Below the pieces are notes generated by a model. It worked only from the letters and a program-made list of their open reading frames with translations, ran no database searches and was not told where the DNA came from. The position numbers were made by a program, and so were the translations under genes. 64,000 nucleotides of DNA from Neocallimastix sp. 'constans' (lineage: Eukaryota). The stretch covers positions 372,001 through 436,000 of the forward strand of contig JBODTK010000013.1 in the NCBI GenBank assembly GCA_050613775.1, read 5' to 3'. Positions 14,029 to 28,100 of the stretch are shown here, one piece after another. Numbering within the stretch: the first letter of the stretch is position 1; every line of letters starts with the position of its first letter.

Positions 14029-16179
14029 TTATTTTCTTTTATTATTATAATTTCTAATTATTCGTTTTGTATCAACTCGATTGTTGTTATAACTAATAAT
14101 CTCTTTTAACATAATCTCAGGTTTGGGCATCAAAATTTTATTAATATTTATTTTATCTATATCATTATTTTGAATAAGAATAAAGGGAATTTTAATTATC
14201 TTTTTAATTTTCTTTATTTTTATTTCCTTAATACTACCGGCCTTTACCATTTTATTTTGTTCATTTATTGGAGAAATATTATTATCAATTTTTCTTTCTT
14301 TTATATTAACATTATTTTTAATTAAATACTCCTTTTTTATAAATTGCTCATTTTTATTTTCATATGAAGTAATTTGAATAGTATTTATTTTTAAACATTT
14401 ATTATCGTTAATATTTAATTCCTTAATCAAACTAGAAGTTATAGAATTATTAATTTTATTGTTAACACTATCAACTTTAATAGATTCATTAATATTCATT
14501 TCTTCTTTTACAATTTTATGATTATTTCCTTTGCTATTTTTATTTTCTGAGTCCTCAAAAATATTTTTATTATTATAATTAATATTTTCCTTACTACTAG
14601 TAGCTTTATAATTTATTTTTACAGTACTATTAATTTCTATATTATTATTTTGATTTTTCTTAATATTTGTATTACCTGTGAAATTATTTTTATTTTCTTC
14701 TTTAATAATTAAAATATTATTGTTTGTTTCATATTTTCTATTATTAATATTTCCTATTTTATTATTTTTTTCTCTGAAATTATCTATTTTTAACATGTTT
14801 AATTTGTTTTGTTCCACTTTTATTACGTCATCCATTGTATCATTTTTATTATTATTAATTTTATTATTATAATTATTATTATTTTTATTATTAATATTAA
14901 AATTATTTTTGTTATTGTTATAATTCTTAGTCAAGTTCGGTATATTATTATTTAATATGTTATTATTTATTTTATTCTTATTTATACTCTCATTAATGTT
15001 ATCAATATTATTTTTATCTTTACTGCTGCCATTTCCTTTATAATTACTATTCTTGTTACTATTGTTAATTGTTGAATTATTATTTAATTTTGGTTTTAAA
15101 ATTTTCCGATTTATTAAATTGTATGATATATTATTATCACTAATATTATCATAATTTCCAATCCTAACCTCTAAATTATTGATGTTATTAATATTTATAT
15201 TATTATTATTATTATTTTTGAAATTTCCTTTAGCTTCAATTAATGATGCATATCTATCATCTTTACTTCGTCTAGATGCAGTGAAATAGTTTTTGGGAGA
15301 ATTGATGTAATTAGAAAAATTATGATCTTGTTTTATTCTGGCCAAGTTGGTACAATCCTTAGTAAGATGCCCAGGCTTATCACAAAAGAAACAAGTTTTA
15401 ATTTGTAAATGTTTCATTTTATTTACATTATTATAATTATTTAGGATATTATAATTAATTTTATGGATATCATTAGAAGGCATATTTATAGAAGTACTTC
15501 TTAAGTTCCTAAAATTCGTACAATTTCTATTCCATGAATTATTAGTGTTATTAATAGAAGTAACAATTGGTTGCTTAATAGATGAATAATTATTATAATT
15601 ATATGAACTTCTTTCATTTCTCCAATGAGATTCCTTTAATATATTTTCATATTTTTCTGCTAAATTACAGGCTTCTTCAATAGTACTGGTTTCTGCCATT
15701 ACTACTCGTTCGTAAATCTGGAACCTTGGTCTTAAAGAATTTTCATAGTCAATGACAGAAAATGATACTTTATCTTGAGTTTCCAACTGGTCGTAAAGTT
15801 TCAAATATCTTGTATTAAAATCAAATATTGTTTTGTTAGGTTCAATGATTATTCTTTTTAACTGTCTTAACTTATCTATTTTTTTATTTTCTCTCCAATA
15901 CTTCTTTTTTATAAGGGCAACACATTCATCTAAGGTAGGAACTCTATTAAGTCTAACCTGTTCTTCTCTTAGTGACGGGATGATATCATCTTCAGCAGCG
16001 GTAATAATATAACTAAACTTATTTTCTATTGTAACAACTCCTTCTCTACGAAACCAATCATTCATTCTAAATTTCCAGATTTCAGCATCTCTATGCAAAC
16101 CACCAATTCTAGGGAGGGTTCTAGTATCAACGTTACCCTTACCCGAACTTGTACTTCTGAGGGAACCGATACCTGGCAT
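14029..16179 (-). CDS. gag: Gag protein: capsid-like N-terminus, CCHC zinc knuckle, long Asn/Lys/Ile-rich tail
   Basis: Open 716-aa ORF with CFFCDKPGHLTKDC knuckle. No protease, RT or integrase motifs. Confidence 0.82.
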   Translation of the reverse strand: MPGIGSLRSTSSGKGNVDTRTLPRIGGLHRDAEIWKFRMNDWFRREGVVTIENKFSYIITAAEDDIIPSLREEQVRLNRVPTLDECVALIKKKYWRENKKIDKLRQLKRIIIEPNKTIFDFNTRYLKLYDQLETQDKVSFSVIDYENSLRPRFQIYERVVMAETSTIEEACNLAEKYENILKESHWRNERSSYNYNNYSSIKQPIVTSINNTNNSWNRNCTNFRNLRSTSINMPSNDIHKINYNILNNYNNVNKMKHLQIKTCFFCDKPGHLTKDCTNLARIKQDHNFSNYINSPKNYFTASRRSKDDRYASLIEAKGNFKNNNNNNININNINNLEVRIGNYDNISDNNISYNLINRKILKPKLNNNSTINNSNKNSNYKGNGSSKDKNNIDNINESINKNKINNNILNNNIPNLTKNYNNNKNNFNINNKNNNNYNNKINNNKNDTMDDVIKVEQNKLNMLKIDNFREKNNKIGNINNRKYETNNNILIIKEENKNNFTGNTNIKKNQNNNIEINSTVKINYKATSSKENINYNNKNIFEDSENKNSKGNNHKIVKEEMNINESIKVDSVNNKINNSITSSLIKELNINDNKCLKINTIQITSYENKNEQFIKKEYLIKNNVNIKERKIDNNISPINEQNKMVKAGSIKEIKIKKIKKIIKIPFILIQNNDIDKININKILMPKPEIMLKEIISYNNNRVDTKRIIRNYNNKRK

Positions 16180-16261
16180 TTTATTTCCAATTAATTAATT
16201 ATGTATCCAGTTATTCGTTATTAATATTTAATATTAAATATATATTTATATATATATATAT

Positions 16262-16302
<41 letters not shown>

Positions 16303-16599
16303 TTATTATTTAATATAATTATAAATTTTTCCTAATACTTATTAATATTTTTTTTATTTTAAAACAATTTATTTAAACTATACTAAAATGAATGGAAATA
16401 TCTATAATACATAACTCCCTCTTCACCAAAAATAAAATAATTATAAATAGCCATTAAAAAAAAATTAAAATATTATATCCTAAACATATATATATATTAA
16501 TCTTAACTGAAGAGAATTTATGTAAATATATACGGATTTATAATTAATTAACAAAATTACTAAACACCACTACTTATAAATTACTTTTTACACAGCACA

Positions 16600-16617
16600 T
16601 TCCCGATATCTCCACCA
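16600..16617 (-). promoter_or_regulatory. Primer-binding site, probably for the tRNA-Ala 3' end
   Basis: TGGTGGAGATATCGGGAA lies 5 nt after the 5' LTR. tRNA-Ala typically ends ...TCCACCA. Confidence 0.7.
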
Positions 16618-17671
16618 ATTTTTGATATGCGAGACTTTTATGTGCAATAATTTATAAGCAGTGGGTTTTAAATAATGGTAGTTTAGTAAATTTTATTAAT
16701 AAAATTATAATATTCGTACAATTAAAATAATAATTCTAATTCCTAAAAATTTAAAAGCGAATTCTCTATTTCTAATATAAATAATCTAATCTATTTATAA
16801 GAAATAGGTAATATACTAATTATATATTATAATATATAGAAGTATATAAATTTTATAAGAATTAAAGTATTATAATTATTATAATTATAATAATACATAT
16901 TGAAATAAAATAAAATAAAAATAATTATTATCAAAAAGATATAAATTTAATATTTAATAATTATTATTAAATATATAAATATGTTACTACACATATTTGT
17001 TTTATATCAATATTAAATTAATTTTTATATTAATTTATTATCAAAATCTTAATATATTATATTTTAAATTATAAAATATAATATTTAGCTATATTAGATT
17101 CTTATATTTTATTTATATTAAATATTTATATTATTATTTTATTTTATATTATCAATATCAAGCTTATATTAATACTATTATATATTCATATTAAAATTAG
17201 TATTTTAATAATTAATTATTTTATATTGTTAATAAACACACAATTAAGAGACACACAATATAAAGATAATATTATAATTATTTTTAAGTAAAGATATTAT
17301 ATGTTCCTTTATTATATATTAATATTTATTATTTTAAATATATATAAATAAGTATGTACCAGAGTATATATATAAAGGTTTTTTTAGTTGTTAAAGTGAA
17401 GAAAAAAAGTTTATAACTTAAGCAAGTTTTATAGTATTTTGAGTATTTATGTATTTGTAAAATATTGGATAATCATAGATTAAATTTTATATTAAAATGT
17501 ATTTTTAACATTCACCCTAAAATCTAGATTCAAAAAAACTTGATGTAAAGAAAAAAAAATGAAGATAGATTTTGAAAAATTATACTACTTTTATTTTGAT
17601 TAGGAGAGCTTTCTTAAAAAAAAAAACTTATTATATATAAGAAAAAAAATGATGGCGCATTTTACATTATA

Positions 17672-20600
17672 TTATTCAATTTTAGTGAGAAGGGAAATTT
17701 TAAATTTATCCATTAAAGTATTGTTTAAGTATTTCGTGAATCCGTCGGCTAAATTTTCTTTAGTGCTTATGTAACTCAATTTAATTAATCTTTTATTGAC
17801 AAGGTTTCTAATATAATGATACCGAATATAAATGTGTTTCGACTTGGGATTAATTGACTGATTCTCACTATTATATATTGTTGCTTTATTGTCGACGAAA
17901 ATTTTTACATTATTAATTTTTATTCCAAGTTCATTTAATAAATTCTTATACCATAATGAATGCTTTGCGCATTCGCTCAAACTATAATACTCAGCTTCGG
18001 CCGTTGAGGTAGAAACGCAATGTTGCAATTTCGAGAACCAACTGGTTGGCGTTCTTCCCATCATCATCAGGAATTCTGAAGTAGTTTTTCTTGTGATTGA
18101 GTCTCCAGCGAAATCTGCGTCGACATAAACCTTAAGGTTAATACCTTTTTCAATTTTTATACCATAGTTTTTGTGTACATTAAGTATCTGAATATTTTAA
18201 GAACATTATTCCAATCCTCTAAGTTAGGGTTATTGGATTTTCTTGCCGCTCTGCTCATAGCAAATAGGATATCAGGTCAGATACAGATAGCAAGATATAA
18301 TATGTTCCCAATGGCACTTCGGTATTTCGTTTCATTAAATTTTATGCATTTCAATTTATTATTTTCCACTGGTATTAAATTTTTTGATGGTGTAAATTTA
18401 TTAATTTCATATTTGAATAATATATTGTTAATATATCTTATTTAATGTAAAATATAACCATTTTCGATCTTATTAAATTTAATTCCTATAACGAATTCTA
18501 CATTACCTATATTTTTAATATTAAATTTTCTTTTTATTGAATCTTTTACAATTTTGATTTCATGATCTGTTCCGGCAATTAATATATCATCTACGTATAC
18601 CGACAAAATGCATATTGTTTTATTATTCCTATCTGTCTTATAACAAACACAACGTTCACTCTTAGCTCTTCCAAAATTTAATTTAAGAAGCTCATTATTC
18701 AATTTTTCGTTCCATTCTTTTCCAGCTTGCTTTAAGCTATAAAGGGCTTTTTTAAGCTTCCAATATGATTTATTGAATGAATGATGACCTTCGGGAGATT
18801 TCATATATATATATTCTTTTAAATCTGCATTAAGGTATACAGAGTTAATGTCTATTTGTTCGATATTAAAATTATGCTGAATAGCTATTGCTGTGATAAT
18901 TCTTATTGTGTCTTGTTTTAAAGTTGGAGCAAACGTTTCCTTGAAATCAATTCCATACTGCTGCGTATAACCTTTCGCAACTAATCTTGCTTTTCTTTTT
19001 ATTATATTACCGTTTGAGTCTCTTTTATATTTAAATACCCAAAGCGATGATATAACGTTAGATCCTTCTGGAACTGAATTTACAATCTGAAAAACATTTA
19101 GCTTTTCCATATTTTTTAATTCTTCATTTACGGCTTCCATCCATTGCTCTTTATCTTTAAGATTAAATATATCTTTAAAGTTATATGGATCTCTATATAT
19201 ATTGTTTTCTTCATTTAATTTTGAAATATTCTTATTACTATATTTTATTCTTTTGTTTGATGTTTTTGCTTCATAATTAATGTTTCTTTTATTTGTATTA
19301 TTGTTTGTTGTATTGTGTTGATAGTGGGATATTTCAATTTTATTGTTATTAGTATTGTTTAATTTATTTACGTAATTAATTGTACTTTCCATATTAGATT
19401 CTTCAGCTGTATTTTTATTAGGAATATTATCATAATTTTTATTAAGATTATTGGTAATATTATTGTTATTAAATTCATTATTTCTATAGTTCCTTGTATT
19501 AGTGTTGCAAATATTTTTGTTGTTTAATTTATTATTATTATTGATTGATGAATCATTGATATAGATATCACTTTGATTATTAGTGCTATTTTTATTGCTA
19601 TTATTGAAAATATTATTACTAGTATTGTTAATGTTGTTTCATTATTGATATTGATATTATTTGAAGTAATGTATTCATTTTCTGAATTATTATTATTTTC
19701 TAGATTATCATTTTTATTTTGTTTTTGTTTTTTATAAGTTTTATGTTTATTTTTATTCCTTAAAATATTGCTATTATATTGTGAATCGTAAATATTATTA
19801 TAGTTGTTTTGATAGTTGTGATTGTTGTTGTCTTATTTTTGATAATTATAATTGTTATAATTATTGTTTGAAAAATTTTTGACTGAGTAATCATTCACCC
19901 TGAATTCGTTATTGGAATTATAATTTAGTAAGACTGAATTTCCAGGATCGTTTTCAAAAAATTGGACAGTTCGAGATAGCACGATTTTATTGTTGGTTAA
20001 ATCAAGGATTTTATAAGATGATGGGTTATTGCAATATCCTAAGAAAATTCCAGGGTGTGAATTATTATCGAATTTGGATCGTAGTTCTTTTGGTATAAAG
20101 AAAAATACTCTGCATCCAAAAACTCTAAATATGCTGTAATCAACAGGTTTATTATATAGAATCTCAAATGGTATTTTATTGTTTATACCCTGATGGGGTA
20201 AACGATTGTGAATATAATTTACTGTATCGACAGCAAATTCCCAAAAATTATGAGAAAGTTTTGATTCATTTAGTAGAGCTTTTGAGGAAGATATAAGTAT
20301 GCCGTTGAATCGTTCAGCTTTCCCGTTTTTGGCGGGATTATATGGTATAGTGTATTGATGTATTATACCATTATTTTGACAGAATATTTTGAAATTATTA
20401 TTAAAAAATTCTCTTCAATTATCTGATCGAATATTTTTGATTTTAATGCTGAATGTGTTTAAAACTTCTTTGTACCAAATAATAAATTTATTGAATGTTT
20501 CATTTTTATGTTGTAGGAATAAGACCCAGCCATATCTAGAAAAGTCATCCAGATTGTGAGGAAGTATATATTCTTATTTAAGGATGGCAATACAGGGCCT

Positions 20601-22378
20601 ACTAAATCAAGATGTATAAGTTCGAAAATGTGTTTTGTTTTATTAATTGATCTTTTGAAAGGTTTGTTCCTTAATTTTAAAATGGAACATATTTGACATT
20701 TATGATTTGTATTTGTATTTGTATTTTTTAAATTATCTTTTATTTAAGTAGTGTCGAAATGACCCAGGCGTCTATGCCAAAGATCAAAATTTTGTTGATT
20801 GTTGATATACATTCCATTAATTTCATTCAAATTTTCGAAATTATTGTTATTATGAAAAATAGATGGTGCTTTTGATAAATATATTTTAAATATATTTTTA
20901 TTGTCTGCTGCTTATTGATATATTCTATTACCTTTGTCGTCATATATGATTGCGATTTGTGAGTTTTTATAGTTATTGAAAACAATTTTATAATTTTGTG
21001 TTATTAATTGATTGATTGATATTAAATTTTTCTTGATAAATTTAGAATAATGAACGTTCTTTAAAATAAATTTATGATTGTTTATATATGCGTTGAAATC
21101 ACCAATGTTGTTAGCATATGTTTCCTTTCCATTGGCAAGAGATATTTTTATTTTTTCTTTTCTGATGTTTGATAATATATTAATGTTATTTGTTACATTA
21201 ATTGAGGCACCGGAATCCAGAATCCATTGTGTAATATTATTATTGTTGCTTCTTATATCAATTTTTGTTGGCTTGTTAATCTCTAAACTGTTTAATTCAA
21301 AACAGTTGTCTGAGTTATAATCTCTTGAGAAGTCTTCTTGGTAGTTTTCATTATAATCCTTTTTATCGTTTAATAGATATGCATGACCTTCTCTTGGTTT
21401 TTCTTTGTTGAATTTTTTTGTATTACCTTTTCTTTTATGTTGTTTGTTGTTTCTTTTGTTTTTATTGAATTTGTTTTTTAAGCAGTCTTTTCGGTAGTGT
21501 CCGAACTTTCCACAAAGGTAGCATTTTCCATTTTTTCTTTTCTTGTATTTTATTTTCTTAGGTTTAGAGATTTTTCGTCCATTTTATAAACTAAATATAT
21601 TCTTCGGATTTTGTTCGATTAAAGCTGTTTCCCTAATATTGGAAAAAACAATATTTGGAATTATCCTTTTGACATAGTCGCAGCATTTTGTCCAATTATT
21701 ATTGTATTGGAAAACATTAATAAATCTAGTGTTTTCAGGGAGAACTTGATTCAAAATACCGACCTTAATATTGTCATTAATATCGTAGTCTATTCTTTCC
21801 AATTCATCCAGGAGATTTTGTAAGACAGCTAAGAAAATGTGGACATCATCTTCTAAATTATATTTCAATTTATTGATTTTGTCTTTTAGGACCATTTTTC
21901 TTTGTTCAGGTCCTATAGTAAAAGACTTGTTGAGTAGTTCCCATAATTAGAAAGCCGTTTTGCTTTGACTTTCCAATATTTTCATGGTGTTTTCACCAAG
22001 ATTATTTGTTATGATACATTTTACTAATATATCATTTTTAATATCTTTTTCGCTCGTTCCGATTTCGTACACGAGAGAATTATCGAATTTGTCAATTGTA
22101 TATTTTTCAATGCTTTCTGTTATATCGCTCCTTCTTATCTTTTTCACTTTTTCATGACTTATGTAGTCATCAAGATTATTAATACAAAGGAGATAGAGGA
22201 TATTTGTTTTCCAGTTAACAAAGTTATCTGTTGTCAATTCCGTAATATGGTTAAAGTTTTCACTGTAGTTAAAAGTGAACCCCTTTTGTGTAGGTTAATA
22301 TTCACTGATGTTGATTATTTGGTCTTGGATAGAATTGATACTATTTCTAGTATTACTTCTTAAGTTATTTCTACTCAT
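17672..22378 (-). pseudogene. Disrupted Copia polyprotein, family B
   Basis: MSRNN start, CCHC knuckle, WILDSGAS, RKARLVAKGY, YVDD and NLADGFTK in several frames. Confidence 0.93.
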
Positions 22379-23168
22379 GTTAGTTTAATTCCGAAAAAAA
22401 AATGTTATGAAATATAGTTACTTATTAATTATTTTATTACTTTCTTTAAGTAATTTCGAATAGAAAAAAAATATATATATAATTTGACTTTATTTATATT
22501 TCTAAAAAGTACTATTTGAATTTATATAATATATTAATTTTGCTTAAAAAAATTATTGGTTATTATTTTTAGAAATATAATTTATCTCAATATTATGTTT
22601 GGTTGATGATTTATTAAATTAATATTTATAATTGGAACGTTAAGAAAAATTTTTTATTTATATATGAAGTGATTAACCAGATGACATCTATATATTTTGT
22701 TTATATTAAACATGATCAATATATTATAAATAAATTAATATTAATAAAATTATATTGTCGTTATTATTTTATTAATATTTTCTTTGTTATAGTATTGATC
22801 ATTTGTTGATTTTAATTATGAAAAATAGTTATTTGATTGTCATGTTTATATTTTATGTTTATTGTTAGTTTATATTAAAAAATCTAACTATTGGTGAGTT
22901 GTTTATAAAAATATTTTAAATTTTTATTATGATATTTGTTTATATTAAAAGTGATTTATTTATTTTGTGATTTGACCAATTTTATACTATTATTTATTTA
23001 TTGTATAAACTTTAATTTGAATTATGTTTATTTATATTTTAACTTATTGTATTTTGTAGAGTTAGTATTATTGACGTTTTATTTGTTATTATTTTTATAT
23101 GAATGTCTGACACTATAATTTTAAAATTAGTTTATAGAAAAGAAATTGACTTTATTATTTTTTTTTAG

Positions 23169-23467
23169 TATTCAGCTTATATACTTGATAGCTGACTTAA
23201 TTTTATTTAATTTATTATTAATTATATGGCTGACCTTTTAAATAATTTTATTGATATTCAGCTCATGTCTTTGATGGCTGACTTTTTTATTCAGCTTATG
23301 AATTAAATAGCTGACTTTATTTAGTTATAGTACTCAGCTTATACTTTTGATAGCTGACATCTTATCTTCTTATTCAGCTTATAGCTTAAATAGTTGACTC
23401 TATTGATTATAGTATTTAGCTTATATTTTTGATAGCTGACTCTTTTTTTATCTTTTATTCAGCTTAT
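23169..23467. repeat. Leader hairpin array, family B (TCAGCT...AGCTGAC units)
   Basis: About 7 degenerate units of roughly 35-45 bp. Confidence 0.8.
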
Positions 23468-25117
23468 AAGTTTTTGATTTTACTGTCAATTTCTGTTTAA
23501 ACTTTTAAAACTATAATTTAATTTTATTTTTGATTATTCGGCTCCTTATATTATCATATTATTTTAATAACTCGTATGAAATTATTTAATGTTTTTGTTT
23601 AGAATTGGATATTTTGTTGAATTATTATTATTTTATATATTATTATTAATTTTATTTTATTTTTTATTATTTAAAATAAATAAAAAAAATAAATTAGTAT
23701 GAATTTATATTTATTTGTCTTAAATAAGTATATATATTACTGTAGCTATTAATACTTAACTTTCATTCTATCTCAATCGGTTGAGATTGAGACTCTTAAT
23801 CTGTTAATAAACACACAATTAAAAGACACACAATATTAAGATAATATTATAATTATGTTTAAGTAAAGATGTTATATGTTCCTTTATTATATATTAATAT
23901 TTATTATTTTAAATATATATAACTAAGTATGTATGAGGGTATATATATATTAAGGTTTTTTTTGTTGTTAAAGAGAAAAAAAAAAGTTTAGAATTATAAC
24001 TTAAGCACGTTTTTTAGTATTTCTATTATTTATGTATTTGTAAAATATTGGATAATCATAGATTAAATTTTAAATTAAAATGTATTTTTAACATATATAA
24101 ATACATGTTTAAATCTTTTGATTAATCCTTTGTAGGATTATTGAAATTTAAATTATAGTAATAATTATATAAAATAATAATATAATAAAATATTATTAAG
24201 ATTAAATAAAATTTATATTTTAAATAAAAAACTTATTTATAAAATTTACTATTAACAATATATTTTAAATAAGAGTAAATTTAAATTATAAATTAATTAC
24301 TATAATTTGGCATCTTGAGTTAATCGTTAAGAACAAATTATCTCAAAACTTTAACAAACTTATTATATAAAAATATATTATTATATTCTTTACTATAAAT
24401 AATTTTATTATATTTTATATAATAAATTTTATATTAATTATATTTTATAATTTTAAATATTAATTTATTTAATACATCCATCAATTTTAAAAAGTCCTTT
24501 ACCACTGTTATTTAAGAAATCATAATTATTCAATAATGAATAATTAATATTTCTTATAATTAACGAAAAATCATTAATAATTTATAATTATTTATAAATT
24601 AATAATTATTATTTTAAAAATATTTAGTTAAATAATAATTAATATATTCATTGATTTTAACTTATAAATTTATTTAATAGTTATATTTTCATATATTGAT
24701 CAAAATTTATTTACATATTATAATTTATACATTTATATAAATAATATAAAATTTATTTACTTATTTTATTATTATTCATTTAAATAGAATTTTTACAAAA
24801 GATTATGTAAATTTGTATTTAATATTTATTAAACACCAAAAACAAATATTGAGAAAATTAGATATATTTTTAGAATAGCATTTCATATATAATACTTAAT
24901 ATTTAATTTTATTTATCTTTATTTTTTATAATTACAAAAGTGTATATATTTTTAACAAGGTTACATTTTATTTCTTTTATAATTTTATTTAAATATAATA
25001 ATATTCTGATTGGGTAAAATATATTAAAGTCATTATTAAGTATTTATTTTTTTATATTCTAACATTCCTCCTAAAATATGACTTTCCTAAAATGTCATAT
25101 TTTTAATTTATATTATT

Positions 25118-28100
25118 TCAAATAAAATATAAATCATCAATTTTTGTTAATAAGGAATTTCTAAATTTATCCATTAATGTCCCATTTAAATACTTCGTAA
25201 ACCCATCAGCGAGATTGTTTTCAGATTTTATATATTTAAGATAGATTTTATTTTCTTTGACTATTTCTCTTATGTAATGGACCCTAATGTCTACATGTTT
25301 AGTTTTTGGGTTGATAGTTTGATTTGTAGCGTTATAAATAGCTGCTTTATTGTCAACATTTACTTCAATATTTTTAATATTTAAGTTCAATTCTTCGAAT
25401 AAATTTAAGTACCATATACATTGTTTACCGCATTCACTAAGACTGTAATATTCGGACTCGGCTGTTGAAGTCGATATTGATTTTTGTAACTTTGAACACC
25501 AGCTTGTTGGTGCACCACCAAATGTTATTAAGAATCCTGTTGTTGAACGACTAGTTTCCAAGTCACCTCCGTAATCCGAATCGACATACGCTTTAACATT
25601 CGGATTATTTGTGAAATTTATTCCATATTTTTTAGTTCCTTTTAAGTATCTTAATATTCTCATTACGTTATTCCAGTCTTCCATATTTGGTTCCTTTGCC
25701 CTTCTAGCTGCTTTTGATACTGAGAAGATAATGTCGGGTCTTGTACATATACTGAGATATAATAAATTTCCTATTATGCTTCTATATTTTGTTTCATCTA
25801 CTTTTACCTTCCTAAGATCTTCATTTTCAATTGGAGTCATAATTCTAAGAGGTGTACAATTTTTCATATTAAACTTAGAAAGTAATTCATCTATATATCT
25901 GTGTTGATGTAAAAAGTAACCATTTTTATGTTCTATAAATTTTATTCCAATAATATAATCAACATTACCTATATCTTTCATTTTGAACTTTTTCTCAATT
26001 AATAATTTTACACTTTCTATTGTTTTCTTTGATCCTGATATTAAAATATCATCCACATATATAGCTAGCATATTTAAAAGTTTTCCTTTATTAAATTTAA
26101 CGTACAGACAAGGTTCACTTATAAGTCTTTTATATCCAATTTTTATTAGATAGCCGTTTAATTTATCATTCCACTTGGCACCACTTTGTTTCAGTCCATA
26201 TATTGCCTTCTTCAATTTCCAAAATTTCTTATTGTAATCTTCATGTCCTTTGGGTGGTTTCATATACAAATCTTCATTTAATTCAGCATTTAAATAGGCG
26301 GCAGTTATATCTATTTGGTTTATTTCAAAATTGTTCTGAGTGGCAATTGCTGTAAAGATTCTTATTGAATCCTGTTTTAAGGTAGGTGCAAAGGTTTCTT
26401 TATAATCTATGCCGTATTCTTGAGTAAATCCCTTTGCTACTAATCTTGATTTTCTTTTGATTATTTCTCCATTTGAGTTTCGTTTGAATTTGAAAATCCA
26501 TCTTGATGATATTAAGTTTGCGTTCTTAGGTATTTTATCAATTGTTTCATATACTTTTAGATTTCTCATATTGTCGAGTTCATTATCGACTGATTTTAAC
26601 CATTCATTTTTATCATTTAAATTAAAGATATCATCATAATTATTTGGTTCTCGTAATTCTTTTAATGATTTTTGTTTTTTGTTATTTGAATTTAATATGA
26701 AGTTTTCATTTCTATTTCGTTTTCCTAAATGTATGGAAGATTCTATGTTAAATAATTTGTTATTCGTTAAGTTATTAATGATTCGTTGTTCATTGTTGTT
26801 ATCTTTATTATTGTTTGAATTATATCTGTCTATATTTGAATTATTATGATTGTTTTTATTATTGACAGTGATCATATTGTCGTTTTTATTAATATTATTA
26901 TTTATTTTGTTATTATTGCTGTTGGTAGTGTTGTTGTTGCTGTTTGTGTTATCGTTGTTATTAATTTTATTGTTACTTGTGTTATTGTTATTATTATTGT
27001 CGTTGTTGTCAATGTTATTATCTTGAGATTCTATATTATTATTATAATCTTTGTTTTGATTATTATTAATATTTTTGGTGTTGTTATTATTGTTGTTTCT
27101 TCTTTTGTTATATGTTCTTTTATTTTTTATTTGAATGTTTTTACTTGGTATATTATTTTCATTTATTTGAGTATTATTGTCTAATATTTTAATATTATTT
27201 GACTTATTGTTATTATATTGATAATACGGATTATTAATGTTAGTATTATTAAAGTCTTTGCCATGGTTTATATCATACGTGTTATCATAAAAGTAGGTAT
27301 TATCATTCCTCCTTATTATATTATTGGGAATAAAATTTGAGATGTCATTATCGCAATGAGATAAATGTGAATTTCCTGGTGTAAATTCAAAGAATTCAAC
27401 ATTTCGTGAAATTATAATTTTATTATTTGTTATATCAAGAATTTTGTGTGCTGTGGGATTATCAACATACCCCAAGAATATGCCAGGAGATGAGTTATTT
27501 TGAAATTTGGTGCGGAATAGTTTTGGAATGTAATAAAAAACTTTACATCCGAAGACACGTATGTTTGAATAATCAACTTTGTTATTGGTTAGAAGTTCAT
27601 ATGGAATTTTATTATTTATCCCTTTATGAGGGATTCGATTATGAATGTAGTTGGAGGTAGAGACGGCATCTTCCCAAAATTGTAAACTAAGTTTTGCGTC
27701 ATTTAACATTGACTTTGCAGAATTGATTATAATGCCGTTGAATCGTTCAATCCTACCATTTTGTTGTGGGTGGTAGGGAACAGTAAATTGATGTTGTATT
27801 CCAAAGTCAATGCAAAATTGTTTGAAATTTTTGTTGTTAAATTCGGTACCATTATCTGTACGGATATATTGAATTCTTTTGTTAAATTGATTTTTTATTT
27901 TATTAAACCAATTAAGGAAGTGATAAAAAGTTTCTGATTTACTCTTCATAAAGAGAGTCCACCCAAATCTTGAATGGTCATCCAAAATGGTTAAGATATA
28001 TTTATTGTCATAGATAGAGTTTTGTATTGGACCTATAAGATCCATGTGTATGAGTTGAAATATATTTTTGGCTCTATTATGTGATGATTTGAAGGGCTTA

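Larger units (their letters stand above)
13554..17009 (-). mobile_element. Gag-only LTR element (3456 bp; TR-GAG-like, Gypsy-type)
   Basis: 387-bp LTRs at 13554-13940 and 16623-17009 (TGATAT...ATATCA; one difference seen), ATAT 4-bp TSD, a PBS and a single ORF. Confidence 0.92.
17227..24093 (-). mobile_element. Ty1/Copia family B, full length, degenerate
   Basis: LTRs at 17227-17510 and 23802-24093 (TG..CA, several differences), TATAT TSD, PBS 23788-23801, PPT near 17511. Confidence 0.95.

Noticed and set aside
13344..24826. Further host elements starting TGTTAAG (13344) or TGTAGG (24131), and similar candidate starts at 10379 and 31903
   Set aside because: I could not find matching ends or TSDs in near-pure AT sequence.
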